Assembly: GCA_963703315.1 (NCBI GenBank)
Contig: OY969811.1
Span: forward strand, 4,501,175-4,565,174
From: an uncultured cyanobacterium
Lineage (GTDB): Bacteria; Cyanobacteriota; Cyanobacteriia; Pseudanabaenales; Pseudanabaenaceae
Direction of reading: 5' to 3'
Length of the DNA: 64,000 bases
The position numbers and the translations under genes were made by a program. Below the pieces are notes generated by a model that saw only the letters and a list, made by a program, of their open reading frames with translations, was not told where the DNA came from and did no database searches. The number at the start of each line of letters is the position of its first letter. Positions within the stretch are counted from its first letter, which is position 1. Positions 1 to 10,167 of the stretch are shown here, in pieces.

Positions 1-136
1 GATGTGATGGGGATCAAGCTGTAAGTGATGAAAATCACCAAAACTTGATATTTAAGTTACATTCTCATCTTGATTTCCCCATTAACATCAATGCAATTAA
101 TGTGACTTTTTCAGACTGAATTGAAAATTATGTTGT

Positions 137-250
137 ATAGCTGTCGCCATTCTTGCTAGGGCAAAACCCCAGAAGCAAGTGGCGGCGCGGAGCGCCGCCA
201 CTTGCTTCTGGGGTTTTGTAATTTGTCTTAACACAAATAGCGATAACTAT
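137..250. repeat. Nested palindromic MITE/REP-like element with a perfect 26-bp inner hairpin (GC-GGA-GC loop)
   Basis: Stem 163-188/192-217 is a perfect inverted repeat. Outer imperfect IR ATAGCTGTCGCCAT...ATAGCGATAACTAT. A related degenerate copy lies at ~22588-22702, and related inner hairpins at 23081-23134 and ~48755-48803. Confidence 0.75.
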
Positions 251-347
251 CAATCAGAAGCTAAAGATTTAGTTCAGCAGACGATTAGGAAACAAAAGAC
301 GCAAATTTTAGTCATTGCAATCGTTGGGACAACCTTGTTGGAGGAAT

Positions 348-533
348 ATGAAGATGAATAGCACTTTTAGCCTTAAATCTAGTATTGCCTTGCTAGTTTT
401 GAGTTTTGCTATGTTGGCAAATCCAAACCAACCAACCAAATCAACATTAGCTGCACTCAGTGCTTACCAACCAGAGATCGCTGCCTCGGCTGTCGGAGCG
501 ATCGCCACCACTATGCAATATGAAATTGTCTAG
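348..533 (+). CDS. Small hypothetical protein (61 aa), possible signal peptide
   Basis: GGAGG upstream of ATG 348; hydrophobic N-terminal stretch SIALLVLSFAMLA; followed by two hairpins. Confidence 0.4.
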   Translation: MKMNSTFSLKSSIALLVLSFAMLANPNQPTKSTLAALSAYQPEIAASAVGAIATTMQYEIV

Positions 534-555
534 TGAGTTATCATCATCCTTAAAC

Positions 556-640
556 AAATAGAGGCGGCGCATTGCGCCGCCTCTATTTTTGTAACAAAGA
601 GAGTTGCAGCGCATTGCGCTGCAACTCTCTTTGTTACAAA
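556..640. repeat. Two adjacent perfect hairpins with GC-ATT-GC loops (REP-like or terminator)
   Basis: AAATAGAGGCGGCGC-ATT-GCGCCGCCTCTATTT and TTGTAACAAAGAGAGTTGCAGCGC-ATT-GCGCTGCAACTCTCTTTGTTACAA. Confidence 0.7.
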
Positions 641-692
641 AAAGGTAGAATACTAGAGAAGTTTTTTTGGCTTTGATGAACAAGGGGCAATT

Positions 693-2777
693 TTGGAAAA
701 AGGTACACTAGTCGAAGTGAAATTGCATGGCGATCGCCGCCTTGTGGTAATTGATCGTCCTGAAGGCAAAAAGCATTTTCAAGCGATCGATCAAAATGGT
801 AATACCCATACAATCCATCCCCGCGAGATTAACTACATCATTAAAGCCAGTGGTGAAAGCACAAGTTTTACGCCTACCCAAATCCCCTCATTTTTACAAA
901 AAGTCGATAAATTTCTCGATCCTTCTAGCCTTGAAGTTGCTTGGGAAATTCTGATTGAAGATAGTCAAATAACTAGTCCTAACGATCTCGCGAATCTTCT
1001 CTTTTCAGAAATATCAGCAGTTACTTCCTACGCTTCCTATTGCTTATTAGCTAATGACAAGATTTACTTTAAGCAAAAGGGAGATTTGTACGAACCAAGA
1101 TCGAGTTCACAAGTATTAGAACTCAAGCACCAAGCCGAAGCCGCCGCTCAACGCGCTAAGTTAATTGAAGAATTTCAGCAAAAGTTGACGACTAAGTTGT
1201 CAGGTGATGAGGTGACATGGACAACTAGCGATCGCAGTCGATTAGATTGTTTAGAACGCTATGCTCTGTATGGTGATGAAGCCTCAGATAAAGCGGCGGC
1301 TCAAGAACTTCTAAGTTTTGCCAAACGTTCTAAAAATGAACAAGCGGCTTTTCAAATGCTCGTCGATCTAGGTATTTGGAGCGAACATGAAAATCTGAAT
1401 TTACTTCGCAGTCAAATTCCCATTCGTTTTGCTAATGAGTTGATTGCCGCCGCCCAAGAATGTTTCACTGCACCAATTCCTGACAATATGGGAGACTTGC
1501 GGCGCGATCTAACGCACCTGCACGTTTATACAATTGATGATATTAGCACCACCGAAATTGATGATGGGCTGAGCATTGAAACCCTTGCTGATGGTCGCAA
1601 GCGCATCTGGGTGCATATTGCCGATCCGACCCGATGGCTCGATCCTGATAGTCCTCTCGACAAAGATGCTCGCAAGCGTGGTACGAGCGTTTATCTGCCT
1701 ACAGGCGTGATCCCCATGTTTCCAATTGAGTTGGCGGCGGGACCAATGAGTTTGATCGAGAATAAGGTCTGTCATGCGATGTCCTTTGCGGTTGATCTTG
1801 ATGAAGTGGGAGCGATCGCCCATTATGAAATAGTCGCAAGTTTAGTGAAGCCCAACTATCGCCTCACTTATGAAGATGTTGAAGAAATGCTGCAACTCGG
1901 TGTGGAGGATGATCTCGAACGTCTTGCTGATTTTGCCCGTTTGCGTAAAAAATGGCGCGTTGCTCAAGGTGCGATCGAAATTCACTTACCTGATACCAGT
2001 GTCAAAGTTGATTCTAAAAATGATGATCGCCTGACTTTAGAATTAATGGAAGATACCTTCTCGCGTCAACTAGTCGCTGAGATGATGATCCTCGCAGGGG
2101 AAGTTGCTGCCAAATTTGCCCAAACCAATAATATTCCCATCCCCTATCGCTACCAAGAACAACCCGAATTGCCGCCTCTTGATACATTGATGCAATTGCC
2201 ATCAGGTCCCGTGCGCGAGTTTGCGATTTGTCGCTGTATGACTAAAGGTTCTCTAGGACTATATGCCTCTCGCCATGCAGGTTTGGGACTTGATGCTTAC
2301 GCGCAGGTCACTTCACCAATTCGTCGTTATAGCGACTTGCTAGCCCATTGGCAAATCAAAGCTTTCTTGCGCGAAGAGCCTTTGCCCTTTACGGCGGAAA
2401 TGCTGACGGCTATTTTGCAAGCGATCGATCCTGCGATTTGGGATGCCAATCAGGTCGAGAAGCAGTCGGTGCGTTATTGGAGCTTAGAATATTTGCGCCG
2501 TAACAAAGATGTGGTGTGGGAAGCATTGATGCTGGATTGGTTGCGTGAAAATGAAAAGTTAGCGCTAGTGCTGATCGAAGATTTAGGTTTAAAGTTACCG
2601 ATGCGAATCAATCGCCAAATTCAAGTTGGTGATACGCTGCGAATTAAAACTGGTGAAGTCGATCCCCGCAAAGATATTATTTATTTCCAAGAAGCTCAAC
2701 AGTCAACTTCTATTTTAGAAATAGAAATGGAACGAGATAGCGATCGCCTTGAATCTGAGTATGCAACTATTTCTTGA
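693..2777 (+). CDS. rnb: Ribonuclease II/R (RNB domain) exoribonuclease
   Basis: RNB motifs TIDDISTTEIDDGLS, VHIADPT, YAQVTSPIRRYSDL; TTG start. Confidence 0.9.
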   Translation: MEKGTLVEVKLHGDRRLVVIDRPEGKKHFQAIDQNGNTHTIHPREINYIIKASGESTSFTPTQIPSFLQKVDKFLDPSSLEVAWEILIEDSQITSPNDLANLLFSEISAVTSYASYCLLANDKIYFKQKGDLYEPRSSSQVLELKHQAEAAAQRAKLIEEFQQKLTTKLSGDEVTWTTSDRSRLDCLERYALYGDEASDKAAAQELLSFAKRSKNEQAAFQMLVDLGIWSEHENLNLLRSQIPIRFANELIAAAQECFTAPIPDNMGDLRRDLTHLHVYTIDDISTTEIDDGLSIETLADGRKRIWVHIADPTRWLDPDSPLDKDARKRGTSVYLPTGVIPMFPIELAAGPMSLIENKVCHAMSFAVDLDEVGAIAHYEIVASLVKPNYRLTYEDVEEMLQLGVEDDLERLADFARLRKKWRVAQGAIEIHLPDTSVKVDSKNDDRLTLELMEDTFSRQLVAEMMILAGEVAAKFAQTNNIPIPYRYQEQPELPPLDTLMQLPSGPVREFAICRCMTKGSLGLYASRHAGLGLDAYAQVTSPIRRYSDLLAHWQIKAFLREEPLPFTAEMLTAILQAIDPAIWDANQVEKQSVRYWSLEYLRRNKDVVWEALMLDWLRENEKLALVLIEDLGLKLPMRINRQIQVGDTLRIKTGEVDPRKDIIYFQEAQQSTSILEIEMERDSDRLESEYATIS

Positions 2778-2786
2778 TCACTTCAG

Positions 2787-2865
2787 CAAGAAAATTTTTA
2801 AAAGCGTTGCAAAGCAACGCTTTTAAAAATTTTCTTGGTTCGAGCTTGAGCGCAAAGCGCTGTAA
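2787..2865. repeat. Dispersed palindromic element (family ending GAGCGCAAAGCGCTGTAA)
   Basis: Perfect stem CAAGAAAATTTTTAAAAGCGTTGC-AAA-GCAACGCTTTTAAAAATTTTCTTG plus shared tail; sister copies at 34097-34200 and 50896-51002. Confidence 0.75.
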
Positions 2866-2921
2866 ATAGCTAACGCTTTTCTGCTAATCTGAGAACTGGT
2901 ATCTACTATACAAAATGCATC

Positions 2922-3887
2922 ATGGCCGATCGCCAAATCCTGCTTGACTTTGAAAAGCCCATCGTTGAACTAGAAAATCGTATCGCCCAAATCCGCGAAC
3001 TCGCGAATGAAAACGATGTCGATATGGTTGAGCAAATTCACCTTTTAGAGCAACGTGCCGAGCTTTTGCGGCGAGAAATTTTTTCAGGATTAGGCGCGAT
3101 GCAACGGATGCAGATCGCCAGACATCCCCGCCGTCCTAGCACCCTTGACTATGTGCAGGCGATTACCGATGAGTGGATGGAGTTGCATGGCGATCGCCGA
3201 GGTAATGATGATCCAGCTTTAGTTGGTGGGCTTGCCCGCATTGGCGATCGCCCTGTGGTGATTTTGGGGCATCAAAAGGGACGTGATACTAAGGACAATA
3301 TGACCCGCAACTTTGGCATGGCTTCCCCAGGGGGGTATCGCAAGGCGGCTCGACTAATGGATCATGCTAACCGTTTTAAATTGCCAATTATTACCTTAAT
3401 TGATACCCCTGGGGCATATCCAGGGGTGTCGGCGGAGGAGCAAGGACAAGGTGAGGCGATCGCTGCAAATTTACGGCAAATGTTTGGACTAGGTGTGCCG
3501 ATTATTTGTACCGTCATTGGTGAAGGCGGATCAGGTGGCGCTTTGGGGATCGGGATTGGCGATCACATCATGATGTTTGAAAACTCAGTCTATACAGTAG
3601 CGACACCTGAAGCTTGTGCCGCAATTTTATGGCGCGACTCGGCAAAGGCGGGTAAGGCTGCCGAAGCTTTAAAAATTACGGCTCCTGACTTGAAACGTTT
3701 AGGCATAGTCGATTATGTGATTGATGAGCCTCTCGGTGGGGCGCATCGTTTGCCATTACAAGCGGCTGAGAATCTGAAAGCTGCCCTAGTCGAAAATCTC
3801 GATCGCTTAAGTCAATTGCCTGTCGAAGATTTACAGGAGCTACGCTATCAAAAATTCCGCAAGATGGGCGTATTTCTCGAATCTTAA
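2922..3887 (+). CDS. accA: Acetyl-CoA carboxylase carboxyltransferase alpha subunit
   Basis: [41 protein letters not shown]. Confidence 0.97.
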   Translation: MADRQILLDFEKPIVELENRIAQIRELANENDVDMVEQIHLLEQRAELLRREIFSGLGAMQRMQIARHPRRPSTLDYVQAITDEWMELHGDRRGNDDPALVGGLARIGDRPVVILGHQKGRDTKDNMTRNFGMASPGGYRKAARLMDHANRFKLPIITLIDTPGAYPGVSAEEQGQGEAIAANLRQMFGLGVPIICTVIGEGGSGGALGIGIGDHIMMFENSVYTVATPEACAAILWRDSAKAGKAAEALKITAPDLKRLGIVDYVIDEPLGGAHRLPLQAAENLKAALVENLDRLSQLPVEDLQELRYQKFRKMGVFLES

Positions 3888-3896
3888 GCACTTTAA

Positions 3897-3933
3897 CAAG
3901 AGAGTGACGGCGCGAAGCGCCGTCGCTCTCTTG
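3897..3933. terminator. Hairpin with GCGAAGC loop between convergent genes; possible bidirectional terminator
   Basis: CAAGAGAGTGACGGCGC-GAA-GCGCCGTCGCTCTCTTG between the accA stop and the hydrolase stop. Confidence 0.55.
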
Positions 3934-3937
3934 TAGG

Positions 3938-5620
3938 TTATTGCAGGGGTAATTGCAAATGGGAAGGATAGTCAGCACTATAAAAAATTTGCTGTGTTGC
4001 CTCTACGAAATCAGTGACCTTTGCCTCTGATGGTAATTTCTGGGTATTAGAATGGCGCTCAATAATAGGGAATGCAGAACTAGCGATCGCCACGCCAATC
4101 CGATGTCCTTTCGTAAAATTCTGACAAGTCGCTCTTAACTTAATTCGGTATTCATTCACTACATCAGGTTCAATCCATTCAGGCTCAGTCCATGAATTAC
4201 GGAACTTGGCTCGCAACACACCAATAGTTACTAACATTTGCTTACCATCAGGATAAATATCTAATAACTTCACTACCCAATCGGTATCGGGAGCTGTAGT
4301 GGCGGCATAGAGGATAAATTCGGGAATACCTGCGATCGCTAGATCTTCTTCCATTACATCGCTTTGATAAACCAACACATCCCAACGTTGATGCACAGAA
4401 CGCTGATCATAGAATCCTTGAGGTGTGGATGGATTAGGATTGCGAGGATCGTAGACGTAGATATCGGGTAGTTGGTGATTGGTGATTGGTAATTGGTTTT
4501 TTAGTTGCTTTTGAGCAGATAGATAGAAGTTCTGTGTAATTATATTTTGAAGGGGATTTTGCGGGAATTCTGGTAAATCTAGCCAGTGATTTTTGCCCAT
4601 CAGGAAAAGATTCACAGGAGCGCGATCGCTGATGCCATTCTCAATACCTTTGAGCCAAAAATCAAACCAATCAACTTGTAATTGATCAATTGTGGAAACT
4701 GCGGCTTCCCCAAAATCAATTTCTCCCACTTTTGGCAACCAAGGTAGATGCTGCCAAGGGGCGACAACTAAATGTTGAGGCTGTGAGGTGGCGGCTTTGG
4801 CTTGATGATAGGTGTTAATTGTTGCCTCGATAAACAGATCTGCCCATCCTGCAATATGCAAAGCTGGTAGATCAAAGCGATCGAAATAACTGAGAGGATT
4901 AAGTTTTTGCCAATATTGATCATTGGCTTGCTGATTGCCAATCCAATCAAAAAAGAACTCTCCAAATTCTTTGTTTTTAAATAGTTCTATTTCAGTCAAT
5001 GGTGAAGTTTCTAACCATTTAGAGACCTCCTTCTGAGCGTTAAAAAGTTGGGTTGCTTGCGGTTCTTTTTGTAAATACCACGCTCGATTTTGTGCTAGTT
5101 GCAAAGCCCAGCCCAAACTAAAATCAAGACATACCGCACCACCAAAATAGAACCATCCATGATATAAATCTGCCGTTGCCATACTCGGACAGATGGTAAC
5201 TAGCCCTTGAGGTTGCTGTACTGCTGCCTGAAATTGTGTGACACCCTGATAGGAAAATCCATACATTCCCACCTTGCCACTACTACCTTCTAGTTCCTTC
5301 GCGCACCATTCTACTGTGTCAAAACCATCGTCATACTCATTCCGAAATGGATAGAACTCTCCTTCGGAAGTGCCGCAACCACGCACATCCTGAATTACCA
5401 CGATATAGCCTTGATGGGCGTACCAACTAGGATGAGCATAAGTACAAGTAGAGGCGATCGCTCGACCATAGGGTAGGCGCATTAGCAGCACGGGCAGAGG
5501 ATGATCAACACCTTTCGGACGATAAATATCTGCCGTCAAGTTGGTGCGATCGCGCATGGGGATTTTGACTTGACGCTGCACATTGACTTGAGAATGGAAC
5601 GCCGTTAATTTAGGAGGCAT
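3938..5620 (-). CDS. CocE/NonD family hydrolase (peptidase S15)
   Basis: IPMRDRTNLTADIYRP, QDVRGCGTSEG, nucleophile elbow GFSYQG; likely start ATG 5620. Confidence 0.85.
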   Translation of the reverse strand: MPPKLTAFHSQVNVQRQVKIPMRDRTNLTADIYRPKGVDHPLPVLLMRLPYGRAIASTCTYAHPSWYAHQGYIVVIQDVRGCGTSEGEFYPFRNEYDDGFDTVEWCAKELEGSSGKVGMYGFSYQGVTQFQAAVQQPQGLVTICPSMATADLYHGWFYFGGAVCLDFSLGWALQLAQNRAWYLQKEPQATQLFNAQKEVSKWLETSPLTEIELFKNKEFGEFFFDWIGNQQANDQYWQKLNPLSYFDRFDLPALHIAGWADLFIEATINTYHQAKAATSQPQHLVVAPWQHLPWLPKVGEIDFGEAAVSTIDQLQVDWFDFWLKGIENGISDRAPVNLFLMGKNHWLDLPEFPQNPLQNIITQNFYLSAQKQLKNQLPITNHQLPDIYVYDPRNPNPSTPQGFYDQRSVHQRWDVLVYQSDVMEEDLAIAGIPEFILYAATTAPDTDWVVKLLDIYPDGKQMLVTIGVLRAKFRNSWTEPEWIEPDVVNEYRIKLRATCQNFTKGHRIGVAIASSAFPIIERHSNTQKLPSEAKVTDFVEATQQIFYSADYPSHLQLPLQ

Positions 5621-5677
5621 AAAAAATATTGTTGAAGAATTTTTCTTTTTTGAGTGAGCTTTGCTCACTCAAAAAGT

Positions 5678-5863
5678 TTAATTTTGTTGCCAGTCTGGGA
5701 AGACCTTTCTGATTTCGATGAGCAGATCATCAAGTTCTTCTAAAGCTTGAATGACATCGATGCTCAATGTACCCAAATTATCCTTGAGAGACAATTGCAC
5801 CAGTAATTCACGCTTGCTAGCGATCGCCACAAATCTTTCTTTGAGAGTTTCAGGAGTTAACAT
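5678..5863 (-). CDS. Small hypothetical protein (61 aa)
   Basis: ATG start, protein-like amphipathic helical sequence, co-oriented between cysK and the hydrolase. Confidence 0.55.
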   Translation of the reverse strand: MLTPETLKERFVAIASKRELLVQLSLKDNLGTLSIDVIQALEELDDLLIEIRKVFPDWQQN

Positions 5864-5951
5864 ATCAAGTAGTTTTGTAAATTGTTTTAATTAGGACTTA
5901 CGCAAAAGAACGAAATGTAAGAGCAATTCATGAATTGCCCTTACATTACAG

Positions 5952-6905
5952 CTAGCTAAGTGCCAATAGTTCAGGATCTTGGAACAGCGCCGTACTCAGG
6001 TAACGTTCGCCAAAACTAGGTTGAATCATCACGATCATTTTACCTGCATTCTCTGGACGTTTAGCAATTTGGATTGCGGCATAAAGCGCTGCGCCACTAG
6101 AAATTCCTGAAAGCAAGCCTTCTTCTCTAGCTAGTCTGCGTCCGTAGATGATCGCCTGTTCATCGGTGACAGGAATAACTTCATCAATCAATTCCGTTTT
6201 CAAAACTTCAGGCACAAATCCCGCACCGATACCTTGAATTTTGTGAGGACCTGGGCGACTACCCGCTAATACTTGACTGTTGGCTGGTTCGACAGCGATC
6301 GCCTTAAACTCTGGCTTGCGTGCTTTAATTACTTCCGCAACCCCTGTAATCGTACCGCCAGTTCCCACACCCGAAATTAAGAAATCAACCTGTCCATCGG
6401 TATCTTCCCAAATCTCTTCGGCTGTAGTTTTACGATGAATAGAAGGATTAGAAGGATTACGAAACTGTTGCAGCATATAGGCATCAGGAGTACTTTCGGT
6501 AATTTCCTTAGCGCGACGGATTGCCCCCCCCATGCCTTCGCTACCTGTAGTTAGTTCCAGTTCGGCTCCATAGGCGCGTAACATCGATCGCCTCTCAATG
6601 CTCATCGTTTCAGGCATAGTCAGGATCAATCGATATCCCTTAGCCGCAGCGACCATCGCCAAAGCAATGCCTGTATTGCCCGAAGTTGGCTCTACCAAAA
6701 TCGTTTTATTCGGTGCAATTAAGCCCTGATCCTCTGCTTCTTGGATCATGTTTACGCCGATGCGATCTTTAACAGATGCGGCAGGATTCATGCTTTCCAG
6801 TTTGACGATAATTCTTGCCACACACCCTTCAGCCTTAGGAATGCGTTGCAATTCAACTAGGGGCGTACGACCGACTAATTCTGTAATATTATTGGCAATT
6901 TTCAT
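5952..6905 (-). CDS. cysK: Cysteine synthase A
   Basis: [16 protein letters not shown] (PLP lysine), [24 protein letters not shown]; start ATG 6905. Confidence 0.96.
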   Translation of the reverse strand: MKIANNITELVGRTPLVELQRIPKAEGCVARIIVKLESMNPAASVKDRIGVNMIQEAEDQGLIAPNKTILVEPTSGNTGIALAMVAAAKGYRLILTMPETMSIERRSMLRAYGAELELTTGSEGMGGAIRRAKEITESTPDAYMLQQFRNPSNPSIHRKTTAEEIWEDTDGQVDFLISGVGTGGTITGVAEVIKARKPEFKAIAVEPANSQVLAGSRPGPHKIQGIGAGFVPEVLKTELIDEVIPVTDEQAIIYGRRLAREEGLLSGISSGAALYAAIQIAKRPENAGKMIVMIQPSFGERYLSTALFQDPELLALS

Positions 6906-7112
6906 AGATAAAAGCTTAAATGATTGCGGGTAAATGAGCTTGTAGTCAACTTTAGAGCATTTTTGATGTCTTGGAAAATTAGCGATCGCCACTTTTATGC
7001 CCCAAAAGCTACACACACTAACTCTTTTCGGCTTTAATAGGGATATTGCGATCGCAAAAAATTTTCACAACATCATCACAAACTTATTAATTAACCATTA
7101 AGTAACTTAATT

Positions 7113-7520
7113 ATGGCTGCTACTTTAAAAGATTTTTTAGAAGAATGTCACACTCTCGGCTTAGTCCGCCTGATCGTCACCAGTGATGCGGGTGTGCTGG
7201 AAGCAAGGGTAAATATCGAGAAGCTATTTTACGCGGAACTCCCCAAGGGCAAGTATGCGAATATGCATTCCGAACACATCGAGTTTCACCTAAACATGGA
7301 CAAAATTACCGATGTCCGCTTTGAAACCGCCGAAGCCAAACGCGGCAATTTCACCACCTACGCCGTCCGTTTCCTCGATGCCAATGACAAGCCCCAAATG
7401 AGTGCTTTCCTACAATGGGGTAAACCAGGGGAATATGCTGAAGGTCAAGTCGAAGCATGGGCTGCCCTCAAAGACAAGTACGGCGAAACTTGGAAGCCTG
7501 AGCCTGTTGAGAGTATATAA
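7113..7520 (+). CDS. ChuX/HutX family heme-binding-like protein
   Basis: 135 aa; GLVRLIVTSDAGVLE, YANMH..EFHLNMDKI..VRF pattern recalled from cyanobacterial ChuX/HutX-like proteins. Confidence 0.65.
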   Translation: MAATLKDFLEECHTLGLVRLIVTSDAGVLEARVNIEKLFYAELPKGKYANMHSEHIEFHLNMDKITDVRFETAEAKRGNFTTYAVRFLDANDKPQMSAFLQWGKPGEYAEGQVEAWAALKDKYGETWKPEPVESI

Positions 7521-7567
7521 ATATTTTTGAGATGATTGGTAAAAATACCCAGAGCTATTAAATTCTC

Positions 7568-8869
7568 ATGAAAATACTAAGGGAAATAAGTCGTGGTGGT
7601 TTTGGTCGAGTTGAGCTAGTTGAATTAGATACAAGTAGTATTGTTGCTAGAAAAGTATTTGATCCTGTTCCTAGTATTTTAGACGCATCTGAACTACCAA
7701 AGTTGAAAAAGCGATTTCAAAGAGAAGTCAAAGTCCAAAAGTCACTAAGTAGTGATTATTTTATGTCAGTTCTTGATGCTGATCTTGATGCTGAAACCCC
7801 TTGGTTTACTATGCCACTTGCAGATCGAAACCTTTCGGAAGAACTAGAGGAATCTCGTAAAAATGGTAATATCCCTCTAGAAGCATTGTCAGACATTCTA
7901 AATGCGCTAGAAGAACTTCATTCACTCGGCTATGTTCATCGCGATCTTAAGCCTCAAAACATCCTTTTTCATGAAAATCGTTGGAAGTTATCAGATTTTG
8001 GTTTAGTACTTCCTGTTTCAGGTGCTACTACCAAATTGACATCTATTGATTCATCTTGGGGAACTATGGGCTACTGTGCTCCAGAACAGGCTGAAGACTT
8101 TCGTAATGCTACACCCAGCGTAGATATTTATGCTTTTGGGTGCATACTACATGATCTATTTGCAGGATTTCCTCGTGTACCTTATCAACGTTATACAATA
8201 CAACATCCTGTAGGCATGATAATTGAAAAATGTACAGAGATAGAACCCAAAAAGCGATTTAAAAATATTACTTCACTACGCGGTACACTTCTCAAGCTAT
8301 TATCAGAATCGCAAAGTCTTACTCCTAGCCCTAGTGCTACAGAATGGGAAGGAAAACTGCAAAATCTATCTAATTGGAATATTCAACAATTAGAAGATTT
8401 TGCAAGATTTATGAAATCAACTCAAGATGAATCTGATTTGTGGGTTGTATGTCGGGCAATTGATGAAGAAGTTTTGCGTACTCTCTGCTCAATAGATAGA
8501 GAACTTTGGCAATTAATAGCTCTAGGATATTGTGATTGGTCACATGGCTCATTTAACTTCGACTACTGCGATGTGATTATCAGGAGATTGGAAGTGATTT
8601 TTGAGTTAGGCAATCTTGATGTCAAATCATCTGCTGCTATAGCAAGTGCCACTTTAGGGTGGTCTCATCATCGCTGGTTTGTCATGGGAAAAGTTCTATT
8701 TATGCTGGGTGCAAATTTAGATAATTTGGTAGCACAGCGAATTGCAATAGAAATAAGTGTCGAAGAAGTTTACAAACAATTTATTTCTTGTGCAGAGTTT
8801 CTCAAACGAAGTGTCAATGATTACCACCCTCAAATTGCTGAAGTTTTGATTGAGTATCAAAAAAAATAG
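7568..8869 (+). CDS. Hanks-type Ser/Thr protein kinase with an unknown helical C-terminal domain
   Basis: GGFGRV glycine loop, VHRDLKPQNIL, LSDFGL, GTMGYCAPEQ, DIYAFG; AT-rich and no HIP1 seen, suggesting foreign origin. Confidence 0.88.
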   Translation: MKILREISRGGFGRVELVELDTSSIVARKVFDPVPSILDASELPKLKKRFQREVKVQKSLSSDYFMSVLDADLDAETPWFTMPLADRNLSEELEESRKNGNIPLEALSDILNALEELHSLGYVHRDLKPQNILFHENRWKLSDFGLVLPVSGATTKLTSIDSSWGTMGYCAPEQAEDFRNATPSVDIYAFGCILHDLFAGFPRVPYQRYTIQHPVGMIIEKCTEIEPKKRFKNITSLRGTLLKLLSESQSLTPSPSATEWEGKLQNLSNWNIQQLEDFARFMKSTQDESDLWVVCRAIDEEVLRTLCSIDRELWQLIALGYCDWSHGSFNFDYCDVIIRRLEVIFELGNLDVKSSAAIASATLGWSHHRWFVMGKVLFMLGANLDNLVAQRIAIEISVEEVYKQFISCAEFLKRSVNDYHPQIAEVLIEYQKK

Positions 8870-8928
8870 TTGTCTTCTAGTTGCATTTCAGTAAAACATC
8901 TTAAATCCTTAAAAGATTAAGATACCAA

Positions 8929-9045
8929 TTTGATTTTTGTGGAGTAGCGATCATGATGTTTTGGGTGTTGAGGAGGCGATCTCTGTTTGATTTTCATGAA
9001 GTGGCGATCGCGATTTTGGGTGTTGAGGGGGCGATCGCTGTTTGA
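8929..9045 (+). repeat. HIP1-anchored junction repeat (A/B units)
   Basis: HIP1 or HIP1-like octamers at 8947, 8976, 9004, 9031, separated by alternating TGTTTGATTTT... and GATTTTGGGTGTTGAGG spacers. Confidence 0.85.
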
Positions 9046-9063
9046 ATATTGTAAAATCAAATA

Positions 9064-9297
9064 ATGGGTAAGAAAGAAAAACTACTTGAACTCCTAAAAA
9101 ACAGTCCCAACAATGTGACGTTTGGCGATATTCGTAAACTTTTAGAGCTAGAAGGTTTTGACTTGGATAGAATTACAGGTAGTCATCATATTTTCAAAAG
9201 AGATGAAGTAGTTCTAGTCATCCCAGTCCACAACAACCGAGTCAAGTCTGTATATGTTAAAAGAGTTGTAGAACTTATTGAAGGAGAACAATCATGA
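9064..9297 (+). CDS. hicA: HicA family toxin (copy 1, intact)
   Basis: GSHHIFKR...IPVH motif, 77 aa, overlaps hicB by ATGA. Confidence 0.88.
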   Translation: MGKKEKLLELLKNSPNNVTFGDIRKLLELEGFDLDRITGSHHIFKRDEVVLVIPVHNNRVKSVYVKRVVELIEGEQS

Positions 9298-9521
9298 AAT
9301 ATCCAATAGTGATTTATCCATGTGAAGAAGGTGGTTTTGTAGCTGAAATTCCTGCTTTAAAAGGATGTTTAGCTCAAGGTGAAACCCTAGAAGAAACCTT
9401 GCAAGAGTTAATTACAGTAAGAACTTTGTGGCTAGAGACAGCCCAAAAGCATGGTCAAAAACTTCCAGATGAAAGTAAGGCGATCGCTAGAGTAAAAGCA
9501 TTAAGTGCGATCGCTGTTTGA
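9294..9521 (+). CDS. hicB: HicB family antitoxin (copy 1)
   Basis: EEGGFVAEIPALKGCLAQGETLEE motif; stop codon lies inside the junction repeat. Confidence 0.9.
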   Translation: MKYPIVIYPCEEGGFVAEIPALKGCLAQGETLEETLQELITVRTLWLETAQKHGQKLPDESKAIARVKALSAIAV

Positions 9522-9570
9522 TTTTTGTGAAGTAGCGATCGCGATTTTGGGTGTTGAGGGGGCGGGCTGT
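9507..9570 (+). repeat. HIP1-anchored junction repeat
   Basis: GCGATCGCTGTTTGATTTTTGTGAAGTA-GCGATCGCGATTTTGGGTGTTGAGGGG. Confidence 0.88.
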
Positions 9571-9630
9571 GTTAACAAAGTGACTCAATTGTTATAATCA
9601 TTTCTACAACATGATTAAGTTCTAATCCTA

Positions 9631-9846
9631 ATGTCAATAACCCTAGAAGAAAGAGTCGCAATCCTAGAAGCTGAAATATCCCTGATTAAGAACAAAGTGG
9701 AAAGTCCAACTGTCACAGTAAAACCTTGGTGGGAGCAAATCACGGGAACATTTGCTGACAGCCCAGACTATGACAAAGCCATGCAACTAGGCAAAAAATA
9801 CCGTGAGTCATTGCGTAAGACATCAACAAAGTCCCGCAAAAAATAG
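9631..9846 (+). CDS. Putative antitoxin of the VapC module
   Basis: 71 aa; LEERVAILEAE...PWWEQITGTFAD pattern; abuts the PIN gene. Confidence 0.7.
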   Translation: MSITLEERVAILEAEISLIKNKVESPTVTVKPWWEQITGTFADSPDYDKAMQLGKKYRESLRKTSTKSRKK

Positions 9847-10167
9847 ATGTACATACTCGATACAGACCATCTCAGCGTATTAGATCGTGGTGGGACTACT
9901 GCTCAGCGTCTTCTTACTCGATTAGCAAAAGTCAATCCTAATCAAGTCTCAGCAACCATCATCAGCTACGAAGAACAGACAAGAGGGTGGTTAAGCCACA
10001 TTTCCAAAGCACGCAATCTTGAAGCGCAAGTTGAAATTTACAAACAACTTAAAAGACAAATTAATAATTACTGCACTATTCCAATAATTGATTTTGATAT
10101 AGAAGCCGCAAATGAATTCCAACGAATCAGAAAGTTATACCCTCGCCTCGGCACAATGGACTTAAAA

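Noticed and set aside
179..683. ORFs 179-361 and 447-683
   Set aside because: They run through palindromic repeats and lack protein-like features.
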